Counted from the first letter of the stretch, positions 30,016 through 39,690 are shown. The stretch: DNA of 64,000 nucleotides from Gemmatimonas sp. (GCA_031414535.1 JANNVQ010000008.1:1-64000), one strand, 5' to 3'. The notes: a model not told the origin generated them from the sequence alone. Numbers and translations are program-made.

Positions 30016-31407
30016 TTACACCTGCTTCACCTCGGTCACCAGCTTCACGAGCGTATCCTTGGCATTGCCAAAGAGCATCTGTGTCTTCTCAGCGTAGAAC
30101 AGTTCGTTCTCAATGCCCGCAAAGCCTGCGCTCATGCCGCGCTTCATCACGATGCATCGCTTGGCGTAGTCGGCGTTCAAAATGGGCATGCCAAAGATCG
30201 GCGACGAAGCATCCGTGCGCGCTGCGGGATTCACCACGTCGTTGGCACCAATCACGAGGCACACATCCGTGCGCTCAAATTCGCCGTTGATATCATCCAT
30301 GTCCACGAGCTTGTCGTAGGGAATGTTCGCCTCGGCGAGTAGCACATTCATGTGACCAGGCATGCGCCCTGCCACCGGGTGAATGGCGAACTTCACCGTG
30401 CCGCCGCGCTTCTCCACCAACTCCATCAGTTCGCGTACTTGGTGCTGCGCCTGTGCGACGGCGAGGCCGTAGCCCGGCACCACAATCACGGACTGCGCGT
30501 AGGCCAACTGCAGTGCCGCTTCTTCCACGTTGGTCTCGCGCACCGTCAGCCCAGCCGAACTCTTGCCCGCGCCTGCGGTCGTCTGGCCAAATGCCCCGAA
30601 GAGCACGTTTGTGAGTGAGCGGTTCATCGCCTTGCACATGATCTGCGAGAGGATGATTCCTGACGAGCCCACGAGCGCGCCGGCAATCACCAGCACTTCG
30701 CTCTTGATGGCGAAGCCCGTCATGGCCGCGGCAATGCCTGAATACGAATTCAGTAGCGAGATCACTACCGGCATATCCGCGCCACCAATCGGAATCACGA
30801 GCAGCACGCCAAGTAGCAATGCGACCGCGATGAGCGCGAAGAACGCCCACATCGGCGCGTCTGGGGACGCCACCAACCAGCCGGTGAGGCCGACGATGAT
30901 TGCAAACAGCAAACCATTGAAAATCTTCTGGCCGCCGAAGGTGATCGGTTTGCCTGTCATGACTTCTTGTAACTTCGCCCAGGCAATCGCCGAGCCCGTA
31001 AGCGTCACAGCGCCGATAAGCACGCCGAGTTGTGTAGACAGCGACACGTCAATGGTTGGCGATGCACCAATTGCTTCCGCGTGGAGGTGCTCTGTGACTG
31101 CAACAAACAGCGACGACCCGCCGCCAAGTCCGTTGAGCAGTGCCACCATTTGCGGCATCGAGGTCATCTGTACCGCGCGCGCCATCCACAAGCCCAGCGC
31201 GCCACCCACCAGCAGGCCAACCGTAATCGTGCCGTAGGTAATGGTCTTCGTGCTCAACAGCGTGACAATAATGGCCACGAGCATGCCGATGGAGCTCAGG
31301 CGATTACCGCCGCGCGCCGTCTCCGGGCTACCCAACTGCTTGATGCCCATGATGAAGAGTACGGACGCCACGAGGTACAGCAGGCGTTCGATTGCAATCG
31401 ATATCAC
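30016..31407 (-). CDS. pntB: NAD(P) transhydrogenase subunit beta
   Basis: MTSMPQMVA, IGGADMPVVISLLNSYSG, VPGYG, IHPVAGRMPGHMNVLLAEA and GANDVVNPAA; GTG start at 31407 overlaps the upstream stop. Confidence 0.95.
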   Translation of the reverse strand: MISIAIERLLYLVASVLFIMGIKQLGSPETARGGNRLSSIGMLVAIIVTLLSTKTITYGTITVGLLVGGALGLWMARAVQMTSMPQMVALLNGLGGGSSLFVAVTEHLHAEAIGASPTIDVSLSTQLGVLIGAVTLTGSAIAWAKLQEVMTGKPITFGGQKIFNGLLFAIIVGLTGWLVASPDAPMWAFFALIAVALLLGVLLVIPIGGADMPVVISLLNSYSGIAAAMTGFAIKSEVLVIAGALVGSSGIILSQIMCKAMNRSLTNVLFGAFGQTTAGAGKSSAGLTVRETNVEEAALQLAYAQSVIVVPGYGLAVAQAQHQVRELMELVEKRGGTVKFAIHPVAGRMPGHMNVLLAEANIPYDKLVDMDDINGEFERTDVCLVIGANDVVNPAARTDASSPIFGMPILNADYAKRCIVMKRGMSAGFAGIENELFYAEKTQMLFGNAKDTLVKLVTEVKQV

Positions 31408-31700
31408 TTGCGTCCCTCCGTCGGCGACTTCTTGAACATTTCGAGCATGCGGTCGGTCACGGCATAGCCGCCCACCACGTTCATCATCGCGAACACGATG
31501 GCAATGAAGCCGAGCACTCGGCCCAGCGTCCCGTAGTCGGTGTGGCCAGCGATGGCCATCGCACCGACGACCGTGATGCCGGAGACGGCATTGGCGCCGC
31601 TCATGAGCGGCGTGTGCAGCGTCGGCGGCACGCGTCCGATGAGTGATGCGCCGAGGTAGGTCGCCAGGATAAAGACGACGATAAATCCAATGAGATCCAT
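31404..31700 (-). CDS. pntAB: NAD(P) transhydrogenase subunit alpha, membrane part
   Basis: VPPTLHTPLMSGANAVSG and NVVGGYAVTDRMLEMF. Confidence 0.93.
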   Translation of the reverse strand: MDLIGFIVVFILATYLGASLIGRVPPTLHTPLMSGANAVSGITVVGAMAIAGHTDYGTLGRVLGFIAIVFAMMNVVGGYAVTDRMLEMFKKSPTEGRK

Positions 31701-32794
31701 TACGCCGTTCTCCCGGTGACAATCATCGCGCCCGTGATTTCGTCGGCGCGGTCAACTTTGAGTGAGCCGTCCTTCTGCAGCATGTGCTGCACGAAGGTAA
31801 GGATGTTGCGTGAGAGCATCTGCGAAGCGTGCGTGGGCATGGTGGCCGCGATGTTCACAGGGCCAATTACCTGCACGCCGTTCACTTCCACCGTCTCGCC
31901 GGCCTTGGTGGACTCGCAATTGCCGCCGCTCTCGGCGGCCAAGTCTACGATGACAGAACCCGGGGCCATGGTGCGCACGGTGTCAGCGGAGATGAGGCGT
32001 GGTGCCGCCCGTCCGGGAATCTGCGCCGTGGTGATGACGAGATCCATGCCTTTCAGATGATTGCGCAGCGCTTCCTGAATGGCGTCCTGCTGCTCCTTCG
32101 TTTGCTCCTTGGCGTAGCCGCCGGCGGTCTCGCTGTCGGCCGCGATGAGATCCTGCGCGACCACGGTGGCGCCGAGCGAGCGAATCTGCTCCGCCGCTGC
32201 GGCGCGAATGTCAAAGCCGCTCACGACGGCGCCGAGTCGGCGCGCAGTGGCGATGGCTTGCAGCCCCGCGACGCCGGCGCCGAGCACGCAGCACTTGGAG
32301 GGCGCGATGGTGCCGGCAGCCGTGGTGAGCATCGGCAAGAACTTCGGGGACGCCGATGCACCGATGAGCACGGCCTTGTAGCCGGCGACCGTGGCCTGCG
32401 AGGAGAGCACGTCCATTGATTGGGCGCGCGTGATACGCGGCACCAGCTCGAGCGCGAAGGCCGTGACGCCGCGCTGGTCAAGCGCTGAGATTGCGTCGGC
32501 ACTCGTGGACGGAGCGAGCAGTGCAATGAGATGCGCGCCCGACTGCATTGCGCTGACCTCAGTGCCTGCGGGCTTCTGGACTTTACACACCAAATCCGCG
32601 GCCAGTGCGCCGCTTGCGTTGACGAGTTCGGCACCGGCGCCTTCATATGAAGCGTCGGTGATGCCTGCGGCGAGACCAGCGCCCCTCTCGACACGAACGG
32701 TGACGCCTGCCTTTACGAGGCGGGCAACACTTTCTGGGACGAGAGCGACGCGGAACTCACCGACGGCGGATTCCTTAGGAACGCCAAGAATCAC
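31700..32794 (-). CDS. pntAA: NAD(P) transhydrogenase subunit alpha, soluble part
   Basis: GVPKES, PRITRAQSMDVLSSQ, GAGVAGLQAI and DLAAESGGNC; likely GTG start at 32794. Confidence 0.93.
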   Translation of the reverse strand: MILGVPKESAVGEFRVALVPESVARLVKAGVTVRVERGAGLAAGITDASYEGAGAELVNASGALAADLVCKVQKPAGTEVSAMQSGAHLIALLAPSTSADAISALDQRGVTAFALELVPRITRAQSMDVLSSQATVAGYKAVLIGASASPKFLPMLTTAAGTIAPSKCCVLGAGVAGLQAIATARRLGAVVSGFDIRAAAAEQIRSLGATVVAQDLIAADSETAGGYAKEQTKEQQDAIQEALRNHLKGMDLVITTAQIPGRAAPRLISADTVRTMAPGSVIVDLAAESGGNCESTKAGETVEVNGVQVIGPVNIAATMPTHASQMLSRNILTFVQHMLQKDGSLKVDRADEITGAMIVTGRTA

Positions 32795-32808
32795 GGGACA
32801 AATCCGAG

Positions 32809-32856
32809 GTGGATGGAATGTGGATGGCACGTGGATGGCACGTGGTGGCACGTGGG
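32809..32856. repeat. Short tandem repeat GTGGATGGCAC (about 4.5 imperfect copies) upstream of pntAA
   Basis: gtggatggaat-gtggatggcac-gtggatggcac-gtggtggcac-gtggg. Confidence 0.8.
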
Positions 32857-33218
32857 TGTGATCAAGCGGGGCAGGGCGATGCCCCGAAGTGTAACCGGGG
32901 CGAGGCGATGAACGAATCGAGGAATGTCGCGGTGCCAGGATCTCGTGTTCTCGTCCCACAAATCATGGCGGAACGACCCGGGTCGTCTTGGTGTTGCAAT
33001 GGTCATGGCGCAATGCGAGGCGCTCGTTCCGACCCGGGCCGATTCGGAGTGCCTTCGGCCATCACGCTGTGATAGCGCTAATGCGTTTGTTTTCAATGAC
33101 TTACGATTTTACAGTGCGGCTAAGTGGCTTAAGTGTATGCATTGTCGTGATTTAAGACATAAGCATGTGTGCTAGCCCAAAAGTGTGACCTAAGTCATTA
33201 TGATTAAAAGACATACAC

Positions 33219-33234
33219 TGGCATAACACTTGCA
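33219..33234 (+). promoter_or_regulatory. Sigma-54 (-24/-12) promoter for the pilus-like operon
   Basis: TGGCATAACACTTGCA has GG-N10-GC spacing and fits the TGGCAY-N5-TTGCW consensus. It lies in an AT-rich region 200 bp upstream of the first gene, with an IHF-like TTTCAATGACTTA at 33091-33103. Confidence 0.72.
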
Positions 33235-33433
33235 AATGAGCGATATTGTCACGGCAAGACTCCGGTTCGTGACTGTCGCTTGGAAGCCTCGTCTTGACCC
33301 GGGCGGCAAAGCATAAGCAAGGAAGGCGAGAAGATCGCCGATACAGTGTGATAGTGTCGCTTTGTAATTCGCTGTTGTGTTTGTAGTCTACTCGCAGAGT
33401 TCGACCCCCATTACCCACTTTAGGAGAGTTCAG

Positions 33434-34015
33434 ATGTCCCGTACGATCACCCGTTTCTTTGCTGGCTTCGCGCTGGTGGCTGCGGCCGCCACGGTGTCAG
33501 AGGCACAGCTCACGTGCACGCGCATCGCTGGCGTCAACGGCGCTGGCTGCCCGATTGCGGTGAATGCCAACCTCGTCATTCCGAACATCGCGTTCTTGCA
33601 GGTCGCGTCCGGTACCCTGTCGCTCGACGTCATTGCTGACTGGAGCGCGTTCTTCACGGCCGCCGTGGTGGACTCGACGTACACCGCGCTTCCGCTCACC
33701 ATCCGCTCCAATGTTGGCAACGTTGCCATCAACGTGACCGCCTCGGCGCTCACCGGCACCGCGACCGCAGTGGCCGGCAACACCCGCGCAATTGCGGATT
33801 ACGGCTTCAAGGTGTTGGCGGCCGGCTCGTGCACCGCTGACGGCTACACCGTGTTCAGCGGCGCCGCTCAGGCGCTCAGCAGCATCCCGACTGGTCCACT
33901 GAACGCGCCGACGCTCTCGCTCTGCGTCGCCTCGGTCTTCGATCCTTCGGACCTCACCAAGTTGCGCGCCGGCACGTACACCTTGCCGCTCGCGCTTACG
34001 CTCACCGCGCCGTAA
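33434..34015 (+). CDS. Secreted pilin-like subunit 1 (putative major subunit)
   Basis: RBS AGGAG, signal peptide ending SEA-Q, N-terminal Cys pair, Ala/Thr-rich beta sequence, C-terminus AGTYTLPLALTLTAP. Confidence 0.68.
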   Translation: MSRTITRFFAGFALVAAAATVSEAQLTCTRIAGVNGAGCPIAVNANLVIPNIAFLQVASGTLSLDVIADWSAFFTAAVVDSTYTALPLTIRSNVGNVAINVTASALTGTATAVAGNTRAIADYGFKVLAAGSCTADGYTVFSGAAQALSSIPTGPLNAPTLSLCVASVFDPSDLTKLRAGTYTLPLALTLTAP

Positions 34016-34039
34016 TTAGACGCAAGGGTAACGGGGACG

Positions 34040-34900
34040 ATGTCGATGCAGCAGTGCTTCGGCTCGTGGCGAGTAGTTCGTCGGTCGCTTTGCCTTTTGG
34101 CAGCGACCGCCGGGCTGCTCGCGCTCCCGGCCTCCTCGGCACGGGCGCAGATCGCCGTGGACGAGTTGGAAACGCACCTCAAGCTTGGGCGTGATTCACT
34201 CGCCCGTGCTATCGCAATCCGGAACGAGAGCGATTCGGTGCAGCAGGTTCGCGTCACCGTGAAGGATTGGTTCCGCGATTCCTCGGGCACCAATGTATTT
34301 GTTGACTTGGGTACGCATCCCTCGAGTTGTGCCGATCGTCTCCAGGTGTTTCCGCTGACCTTGCAGCTACCCCCTCGCGCGACCGAGTTCGTGCGCCTCA
34401 ACTACACGAGCAAGGGGCAGGCCGACGAAGGGTGTTGGAGCATTGTGCTCATTGAGCCGGTGCGCCCGCCCATCACCATCGCTGGCGCTCAAGCCACGGC
34501 TGAACTCACCATTCTCAATGGCGTGAAGGTCTATGTGCACCGCGCCGAAGAAATGGCGAGTGCTGAGGTTGTCTACGCGGACGTCGAGGTGTACTTCGAG
34601 CCCGTGCAGCAAGGGAACCCGCAGAGTGACTCGATTCGCGTCCGCGATGTCGCGGTGCGCCTCGAGAACACCGGCACCTCGCACCTCATCGTCAGCTCGG
34701 TCGTGGAGATTCGCGACGAGACGACGCAGCTGATTCGCCGCATCGAAGGCCCCACCGGCTACATCACACCCGCGGCGTTCCGCGACTTTCTCGTGCGCGT
34801 TCCCCAGGACCTGCCGCGCGGGCGCTACGCCGCCATCATCCTGCTCGACTTCGGCGCCGATGAGGTTCAAGCGGCGCAGGTCGAATTCGAGATCCCGTGA
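34040..34900 (+). CDS. Periplasmic two-Ig-domain chaperone-like protein (PapD/DUF916-like)
   Basis: Signal peptide; IRNES, DW, P..LQLPP....VRL, WSIVLIE, ENTGTSH and LPRGRY motifs. Confidence 0.65.
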   Translation: MSMQQCFGSWRVVRRSLCLLAATAGLLALPASSARAQIAVDELETHLKLGRDSLARAIAIRNESDSVQQVRVTVKDWFRDSSGTNVFVDLGTHPSSCADRLQVFPLTLQLPPRATEFVRLNYTSKGQADEGCWSIVLIEPVRPPITIAGAQATAELTILNGVKVYVHRAEEMASAEVVYADVEVYFEPVQQGNPQSDSIRVRDVAVRLENTGTSHLIVSSVVEIRDETTQLIRRIEGPTGYITPAAFRDFLVRVPQDLPRGRYAAIILLDFGADEVQAAQVEFEIP

Positions 34901-35397
34901 CCGCCCGCGCAATGAGTCTCTGCGGGCGCGGATTCATTATCGCGGTCGCCATCCTGTGGACTAGCTCCGCGGCCGAGGCGCAGGGCCGCCGGACCGTTCT
35001 GTCGGTCACCGGTCTGCCGCTCTCGCTGACGACCACCTCGACGACGGATTTCGACGCCGGCAGCGCCACCGTCGGCACCGTGAATTTTTCCGTCGAACTG
35101 ACGACCAACAGCGGCGGTGGCTTCTCGCCTCGCGTCACTGCGGTGCAAGTGCGCTGCGGCGCGATTTGCACCGGCGCCTTCGATCGCCTGCAGTGGCGCC
35201 GCAATGACCTCGCGGTATGGAACACGCTGAGCACGACCTTTGCGACGATCGAGACGCGCACGGCGACGTTTGGCGGGACGAACGACCCCTGGAGCAACTC
35301 GATCATCTTCCGCCACCTGCTCGACTACGTCACTGATGCGCCGAGCGGCCCAACGGCGTACACGTTGGAGTTCCAGCTCGTGGTCACCGCGCCCTGA
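34897..35397 (+). CDS. Secreted pilin-like subunit 2
   Basis: Signal peptide ending AEA-Q, Cys pair, DRLQW motif, C-terminus AYTLEFQLVVTAP. Confidence 0.62.
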   Translation: MTARAMSLCGRGFIIAVAILWTSSAAEAQGRRTVLSVTGLPLSLTTTSTTDFDAGSATVGTVNFSVELTTNSGGGFSPRVTAVQVRCGAICTGAFDRLQWRRNDLAVWNTLSTTFATIETRTATFGGTNDPWSNSIIFRHLLDYVTDAPSGPTAYTLEFQLVVTAP

Positions 35398-38201
35398 TGC
35401 GGCTCCGCCGCGCACTTCTTGCGTTTGCGCTCGTCGGCGCGAGTTCGCTGCCGGCGACTGCGCACGCGCACGCGCGTCCCGATGCTGCGGCCGCGGTGCG
35501 CCGCTTGCCGCCGGTGTCCATCGCCGGCGCGCCGCGTTCGCTCGTGACCTTCTCCGTCGCGCTGCCCGCTGAGCTCGAAGACGCGGGAGTGGTGCAGTTC
35601 TCCGTTGAGATGCGCGGCAGCACTGAAGTGCTGGGTCGCCTCGATGGCGAAGTCGGCGGTGTCGGACGCCGTCAGGTGCTGCTGACTCTGCGCGTCCCAT
35701 CGGATGCGCGCGTCGGCCTGCTCGATGTCGCGGATGTGTTGTTTCGCACAGCCGACGGCCGAAACGTAATCGTACCGATCATCCTGCGCGTGCCTTCCGT
35801 ACGCGTGATTCGCGTCATCGCGCCGCCGATGTTTCAGCAATTGCGTCAAGGCGACCGCCTTGAAGTCACCTACCGTGTGCAGAATCTCGGCAACGCGGTG
35901 GAGCGCGTGAAGGTAATCGTCGATCCGCCCTCGGGCTGGGTGCTTCGCTCTTCCCGCAGCACGACAATTTCCGTTGAGCCGTTCACCACGCAGGACGTGA
36001 CCTTCCGCGTCGCGATTCCCGCGATTGCCGATGGTGGCGAGTACCTCGTGGGGACCACCGCGCTCCGTGCAGGCGAGGGAGATAGCACGGTGCTTGCCAC
36101 GGCATCGGCGCGTTTGCAGGTCGAGCCGCGCGAACTGACGGGTCCCGGCCTCGAACTGCGCCCCTTCATCGCGGCGGCCGCGACGCGTGGCGCCCAAGGC
36201 GTCGCGACCGGCTTCTCCATGTCGGGCCCGATTGCCGATAGCACTTCGCTCTTTCTCACGGTGATGCCCATCTCCACGCAGAACGGTGGTGCGGGACTTG
36301 GTCTCGCCGGTATCGGCGCGGCGGGCGTGCCGGTGCAGGCGTCCATCACGGGGCGCGGATGGAACACCAACCTCGGCACGACCTCCGCGAGCATCAGTGA
36401 TCTCACGGGACTTTATGTGGTAGGCGTCGGTGCTCAGGCTTCGTACAACCGCGATGGCCGCGAGGCTCGCTTGCTGGTGTCGAAGCCTTTCGGCGCAGAC
36501 GACCGCGGCGGCAGTCACCTCGCCGGCGGTTACTGGATGCGCACCGCGTACGGCAAGGTGGGCGGATCCATTTCTAGCCTCCGCGAGACGGATATGGGCC
36601 GTACGCTTCGTGATCTCACCGCCGTCGGCGTCGACTGGCAGTCCAACGAGTGGAAGTCCTGGGTGTTTGATGCCGGTGTCGCCGCACGGTCGGCCTTCGG
36701 TGAGTCCGGCTTGGGCGTGCGCGGTCAGGTCATGCGCGAGACCGAGAGGGATTTCGTTCGGGTGCGCTACGCGCATGCGCCGGGCGGCGGCCGCGCGTTC
36801 GCGAATGGCACCAACAACATCGAAGCCGAAGCGAGCCGCGACCTCACGGACCGCCTGAGCCTGAACGGCAATCTGTTCGCAACGCAGGACGAGAGCCCTG
36901 CCATCGGCGACAATCGCAATTTTTCGGCCTCGCTCGCGCAGCAGTTCCGCCTGAACGACGTGACCTTGCTGCGGGCCCAAGTCCAGTCCTTCTCGTTCAG
37001 CACGCGCCCACCGGGCGCCTTGCTGGGTGCGTTTGGTTCATCGCAAACGACGTTCGGCGTCGGAGCGGGGTATCCGCTGCGCAACTGGACCATGACCTCC
37101 GACGCGCGCATTGGCGTTCTGTCCCGCGAAGCCGAACTCTTCAGCGGCGCGGTGGACAAGCAGAGCGTCTTGCAGCAGGAACTCGAGGTTAGTGGTTCTC
37201 GCGGCGTGCTCGGCGTGGCCCAGCTCTCCATCGGCGGCACGCTCTCGCTGACGGGCGCGGGTCTGGGTATTCCGCAGCAGTCGCGCAACGGATTTGTCTC
37301 GCTGGGTGGCATACGGGTGCCAATGGGCGCCGAACGCTCCATCGCGCTCTTTGGGCGCGTGGGCTATTCGTCGAGCGAATTGCAGACCTCGCTCATCTCG
37401 TCCTTGGTGTCGGCCAGCACGAGGCTCCCCGGCGGCTTCGACCTTATCGCGACGGTCGAGCGCAATCCGTTCTTCCGGGATCGCGAGGGCCGCCCGCAGG
37501 TGATTGCGGCACTGCGCCTGAGCACCTCCACCACCGTGTTCGTGCCGCAACGCCTGCAGCGTGTGGCCGGCGTGGTGTTTGAAGACATGAATGGCAACGG
37601 CAAGCGCGACGAAGGCGAGCGCGGCGTGCCTGGCGTGGTGTTGCGCCAAGCTGGCATCCGTCTCGTGACGGAAGCGGACGGCGTGTACCGGGTGCCCGCC
37701 AATGTGCGCGGTCGCCTCAGTGTGGACCCGCTTGGATTGCCCAGCGGCTTCGTGGCAAGCCCCCGCGCCACCCAGAACCTCGCCGAGATCCGAGACATTC
37801 CTCTCGTGCAGACGGGAACGCTTCGCGTGAGCCTGGCGCTCGCTGCGGATGCCGATGGGCGCGTGCCGGATGTGGTGCTCTCGCGCACGAGCGTGTGGCT
37901 GGTGGATGCCGAAGGCTTGGAGTGGGTTGGCCGCGTTGGTGACGACAACGTGGTGCACTTTGAGAATGTGCCGACGGGTCGCTATGGCTTCCGCTTCGAT
38001 TTCTCGAGGCTCAGCGAGCCCCTGCGTCCCGAGGAAGGCGTCCTGGTCGAGGTTGCTCCACGTACCGTGCGCGAGGTTACGGTGACCCTCAGGGGCCGCA
38101 ACGTGCGCCTGATTGCGCCGCCCAATCGCAATGAAGGTGGGCGCGGGAATGGTCGTGGTGGGGCTGGTGGACGCGGTGGTCTGGGCGGGGTAAGCGAGTG
38201 A
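35397..38201 (+). CDS. Large outer-membrane usher-like protein with N-terminal Ig-like domains and a C-terminal SdrD-B-like domain
   Basis: Signal peptide, TYRVQNLGN Ig motif, long amphipathic beta-strand core, GVVFEDMNGNGKRDEGERGVPGV, and a terminal FENVPTGRY domain. Confidence 0.62.
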   Translation: MRLRRALLAFALVGASSLPATAHAHARPDAAAAVRRLPPVSIAGAPRSLVTFSVALPAELEDAGVVQFSVEMRGSTEVLGRLDGEVGGVGRRQVLLTLRVPSDARVGLLDVADVLFRTADGRNVIVPIILRVPSVRVIRVIAPPMFQQLRQGDRLEVTYRVQNLGNAVERVKVIVDPPSGWVLRSSRSTTISVEPFTTQDVTFRVAIPAIADGGEYLVGTTALRAGEGDSTVLATASARLQVEPRELTGPGLELRPFIAAAATRGAQGVATGFSMSGPIADSTSLFLTVMPISTQNGGAGLGLAGIGAAGVPVQASITGRGWNTNLGTTSASISDLTGLYVVGVGAQASYNRDGREARLLVSKPFGADDRGGSHLAGGYWMRTAYGKVGGSISSLRETDMGRTLRDLTAVGVDWQSNEWKSWVFDAGVAARSAFGESGLGVRGQVMRETERDFVRVRYAHAPGGGRAFANGTNNIEAEASRDLTDRLSLNGNLFATQDESPAIGDNRNFSASLAQQFRLNDVTLLRAQVQSFSFSTRPPGALLGAFGSSQTTFGVGAGYPLRNWTMTSDARIGVLSREAELFSGAVDKQSVLQQELEVSGSRGVLGVAQLSIGGTLSLTGAGLGIPQQSRNGFVSLGGIRVPMGAERSIALFGRVGYSSSELQTSLISSLVSASTRLPGGFDLIATVERNPFFRDREGRPQVIAALRLSTSTTVFVPQRLQRVAGVVFEDMNGNGKRDEGERGVPGVVLRQAGIRLVTEADGVYRVPANVRGRLSVDPLGLPSGFVASPRATQNLAEIRDIPLVQTGTLRVSLALAADADGRVPDVVLSRTSVWLVDAEGLEWVGRVGDDNVVHFENVPTGRYGFRFDFSRLSEPLRPEEGVLVEVAPRTVREVTVTLRGRNVRLIAPPNRNEGGRGNGRGGAGGRGGLGGVSE

Positions 38202-38617
38202 TACCTGCGCCTAGACGGTTCGCTGGAGCCGTGTGCTCGGTCCTCTTGCTTGGCGCCTGCGAGCTTGGCTCCCCTGACCGCGATGCCGCCAACGTGCGAG
38301 GCACCTGGGCGTTCACGGGCAGCCAAACGGCGCCTGACATAGACCTCGACGGTACCTTCGTGATCTCGACGCAAGACGGCCAGTCTATCGCGGGCACGGC
38401 CACTTGGGAGGAGACCGGAGTGGGGGGCATCGTGATTGTCGGTGGCGCCTTGGCGGGCCGTGCGATTGGACAGGTGGACGTGGATTTTGACGTGACGCTG
38501 GCCGCCGGTACGCGGCGCTTCGTGGCGCGGCTTGCGGCCGATACTATGTCCGGGGCCTGGGTGCAGGTGTCCAACAGCACCAACGGAACCTTTCGCGCGG
38601 TACGGTCCACTCCATGA
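38198..38617 (+). CDS. Small beta-rich lipoprotein
   Basis: Lipobox LLGAC, VRGTW and MSGAW...GTFRA; overlaps both neighbours by 4 nt. Confidence 0.7.
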   Translation: MIPAPRRFAGAVCSVLLLGACELGSPDRDAANVRGTWAFTGSQTAPDIDLDGTFVISTQDGQSIAGTATWEETGVGGIVIVGGALAGRAIGQVDVDFDVTLAAGTRRFVARLAADTMSGAWVQVSNSTNGTFRAVRSTP

Positions 38618-39162
38618 CTTTCCGACACTCATTCTGGTTGGCTGCGACTGCGGTCGCGCTGTGCTGCCTCCCCGCTCGCCGAATTGGGGCCCAGCTCAGT
38701 TGCACGGTCAACGGCGTGGCTACCTGCCTCGTGGGCGGGACGGCTAGCGCGGCGCTCAACATCACCATCCAGCAGGCCACGCGCGTCACCGTGGCCTCCA
38801 GCACGGTCACGATTCCCCAGCCCACGGACGCCTCCTACACGGCGGGCTTCGGTTCCCCAGGCACGGTAGCCTTCGAGGTTCGGTCCAACGCTGCTTGGCG
38901 TGTCTCGATCTCGTCCAGCTCTACGACGTGGTCATTTAGCCCGCCCACCGCGCGTACGGACAAGCCTCGGGCCGACCTCCAGTGGGCACTCGCACCCGCG
39001 GGTCCTTACACGGATTTAAGCGCGGCCATTACGTCCATCTTGACGGGAACGGCGACGAACTCGACCATCCAGACACTCTACTTGCGGTCCAAGTATGACT
39101 GGACGCTCGACCGGCCGGGTACGTACTCAATCCCCGTGCAAGTGACGCTTACGGCCCCATAG
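38614..39162 (+). CDS. Secreted pilin-like subunit 3
   Basis: Signal peptide ending IGA-Q, QLSC...C, VRSN..W, DLQW, C-terminus PGTYSIPVQVTLTAP. Confidence 0.68.
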   Translation: MTFRHSFWLAATAVALCCLPARRIGAQLSCTVNGVATCLVGGTASAALNITIQQATRVTVASSTVTIPQPTDASYTAGFGSPGTVAFEVRSNAAWRVSISSSSTTWSFSPPTARTDKPRADLQWALAPAGPYTDLSAAITSILTGTATNSTIQTLYLRSKYDWTLDRPGTYSIPVQVTLTAP

Positions 39163-39419
39163 GGTCGGCCGTCAACTCCGCGGAGTTGCGCGGGATCTCG
39201 CCCTTGAGAATCTGGGGCCGCTGTCCAAACCTGAATGCACTCAGCCGACATTGATGCCATTAAGGCGGATATTGTCCGATGGCTATCTTGTGCTTTCGCC
39301 CGGACAGGGTAGGGCCCCATGGCCCCTCCCGAGTCGCGGCGAAAAGCGAAGAGCATCCCACAACACTTGCACGCATACCGAGGCGTCAGATGCAGACGGC
39401 TGCTGGCTATATATTGGCC

Positions 39420-39690
39420 TCGTTCTGCAGACTACCCACAACAATCGCGAGAAATGTGGAAAAAGCAGCGAAACGGACGAAGTGTATTACATTTTAAATT
39501 ATATCAAACATCTTAAAGTCTTATAAAATGGGAATTTATAAGCAATATATAAAGCAAAACCTAAATTGCATAACATGTCAATTCTATGCATCGGCGGATG
39601 CATACTCTTAGGTGGCGGTATTTGGAAGTCGGCATAATCACAATTCTCATAATCCACAGGCGGGCCGCTTCGGGATCCACACAGTGCCGT
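39420..39690. other. AT-rich non-coding element with DnaA-box-like motifs (candidate replication origin)
   Basis: Very AT-rich core at ~39485-39590; TGTGGAAAA 39455-39463 (reverse complement TTTTCCACA), TAATCCACA 39650-39658 and GGATCCACA 39673-39681; lies between convergent genes. Confidence 0.4.

Noticed and set aside
30016..32959. N-terminal extensions of pntB and pntAA in the ORF track as fusions
   Set aside because: The extensions overlap pntAB or the upstream repeat. Internal GTG starts give normal-length proteins.
33295..33345. c-di-GMP-I riboswitch in the pilus leader
   Set aside because: GGCAAA is present, but I could not build the required P1/P2 stems and tetraloop-receptor by eye. 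An Rfam scan is needed.
39560..39595. dif (XerCD) site
   Set aside because: The inverted repeat has too long a spacer for the 11-6-11 layout, and there is no proper TTATGTTAAAT-like arm.
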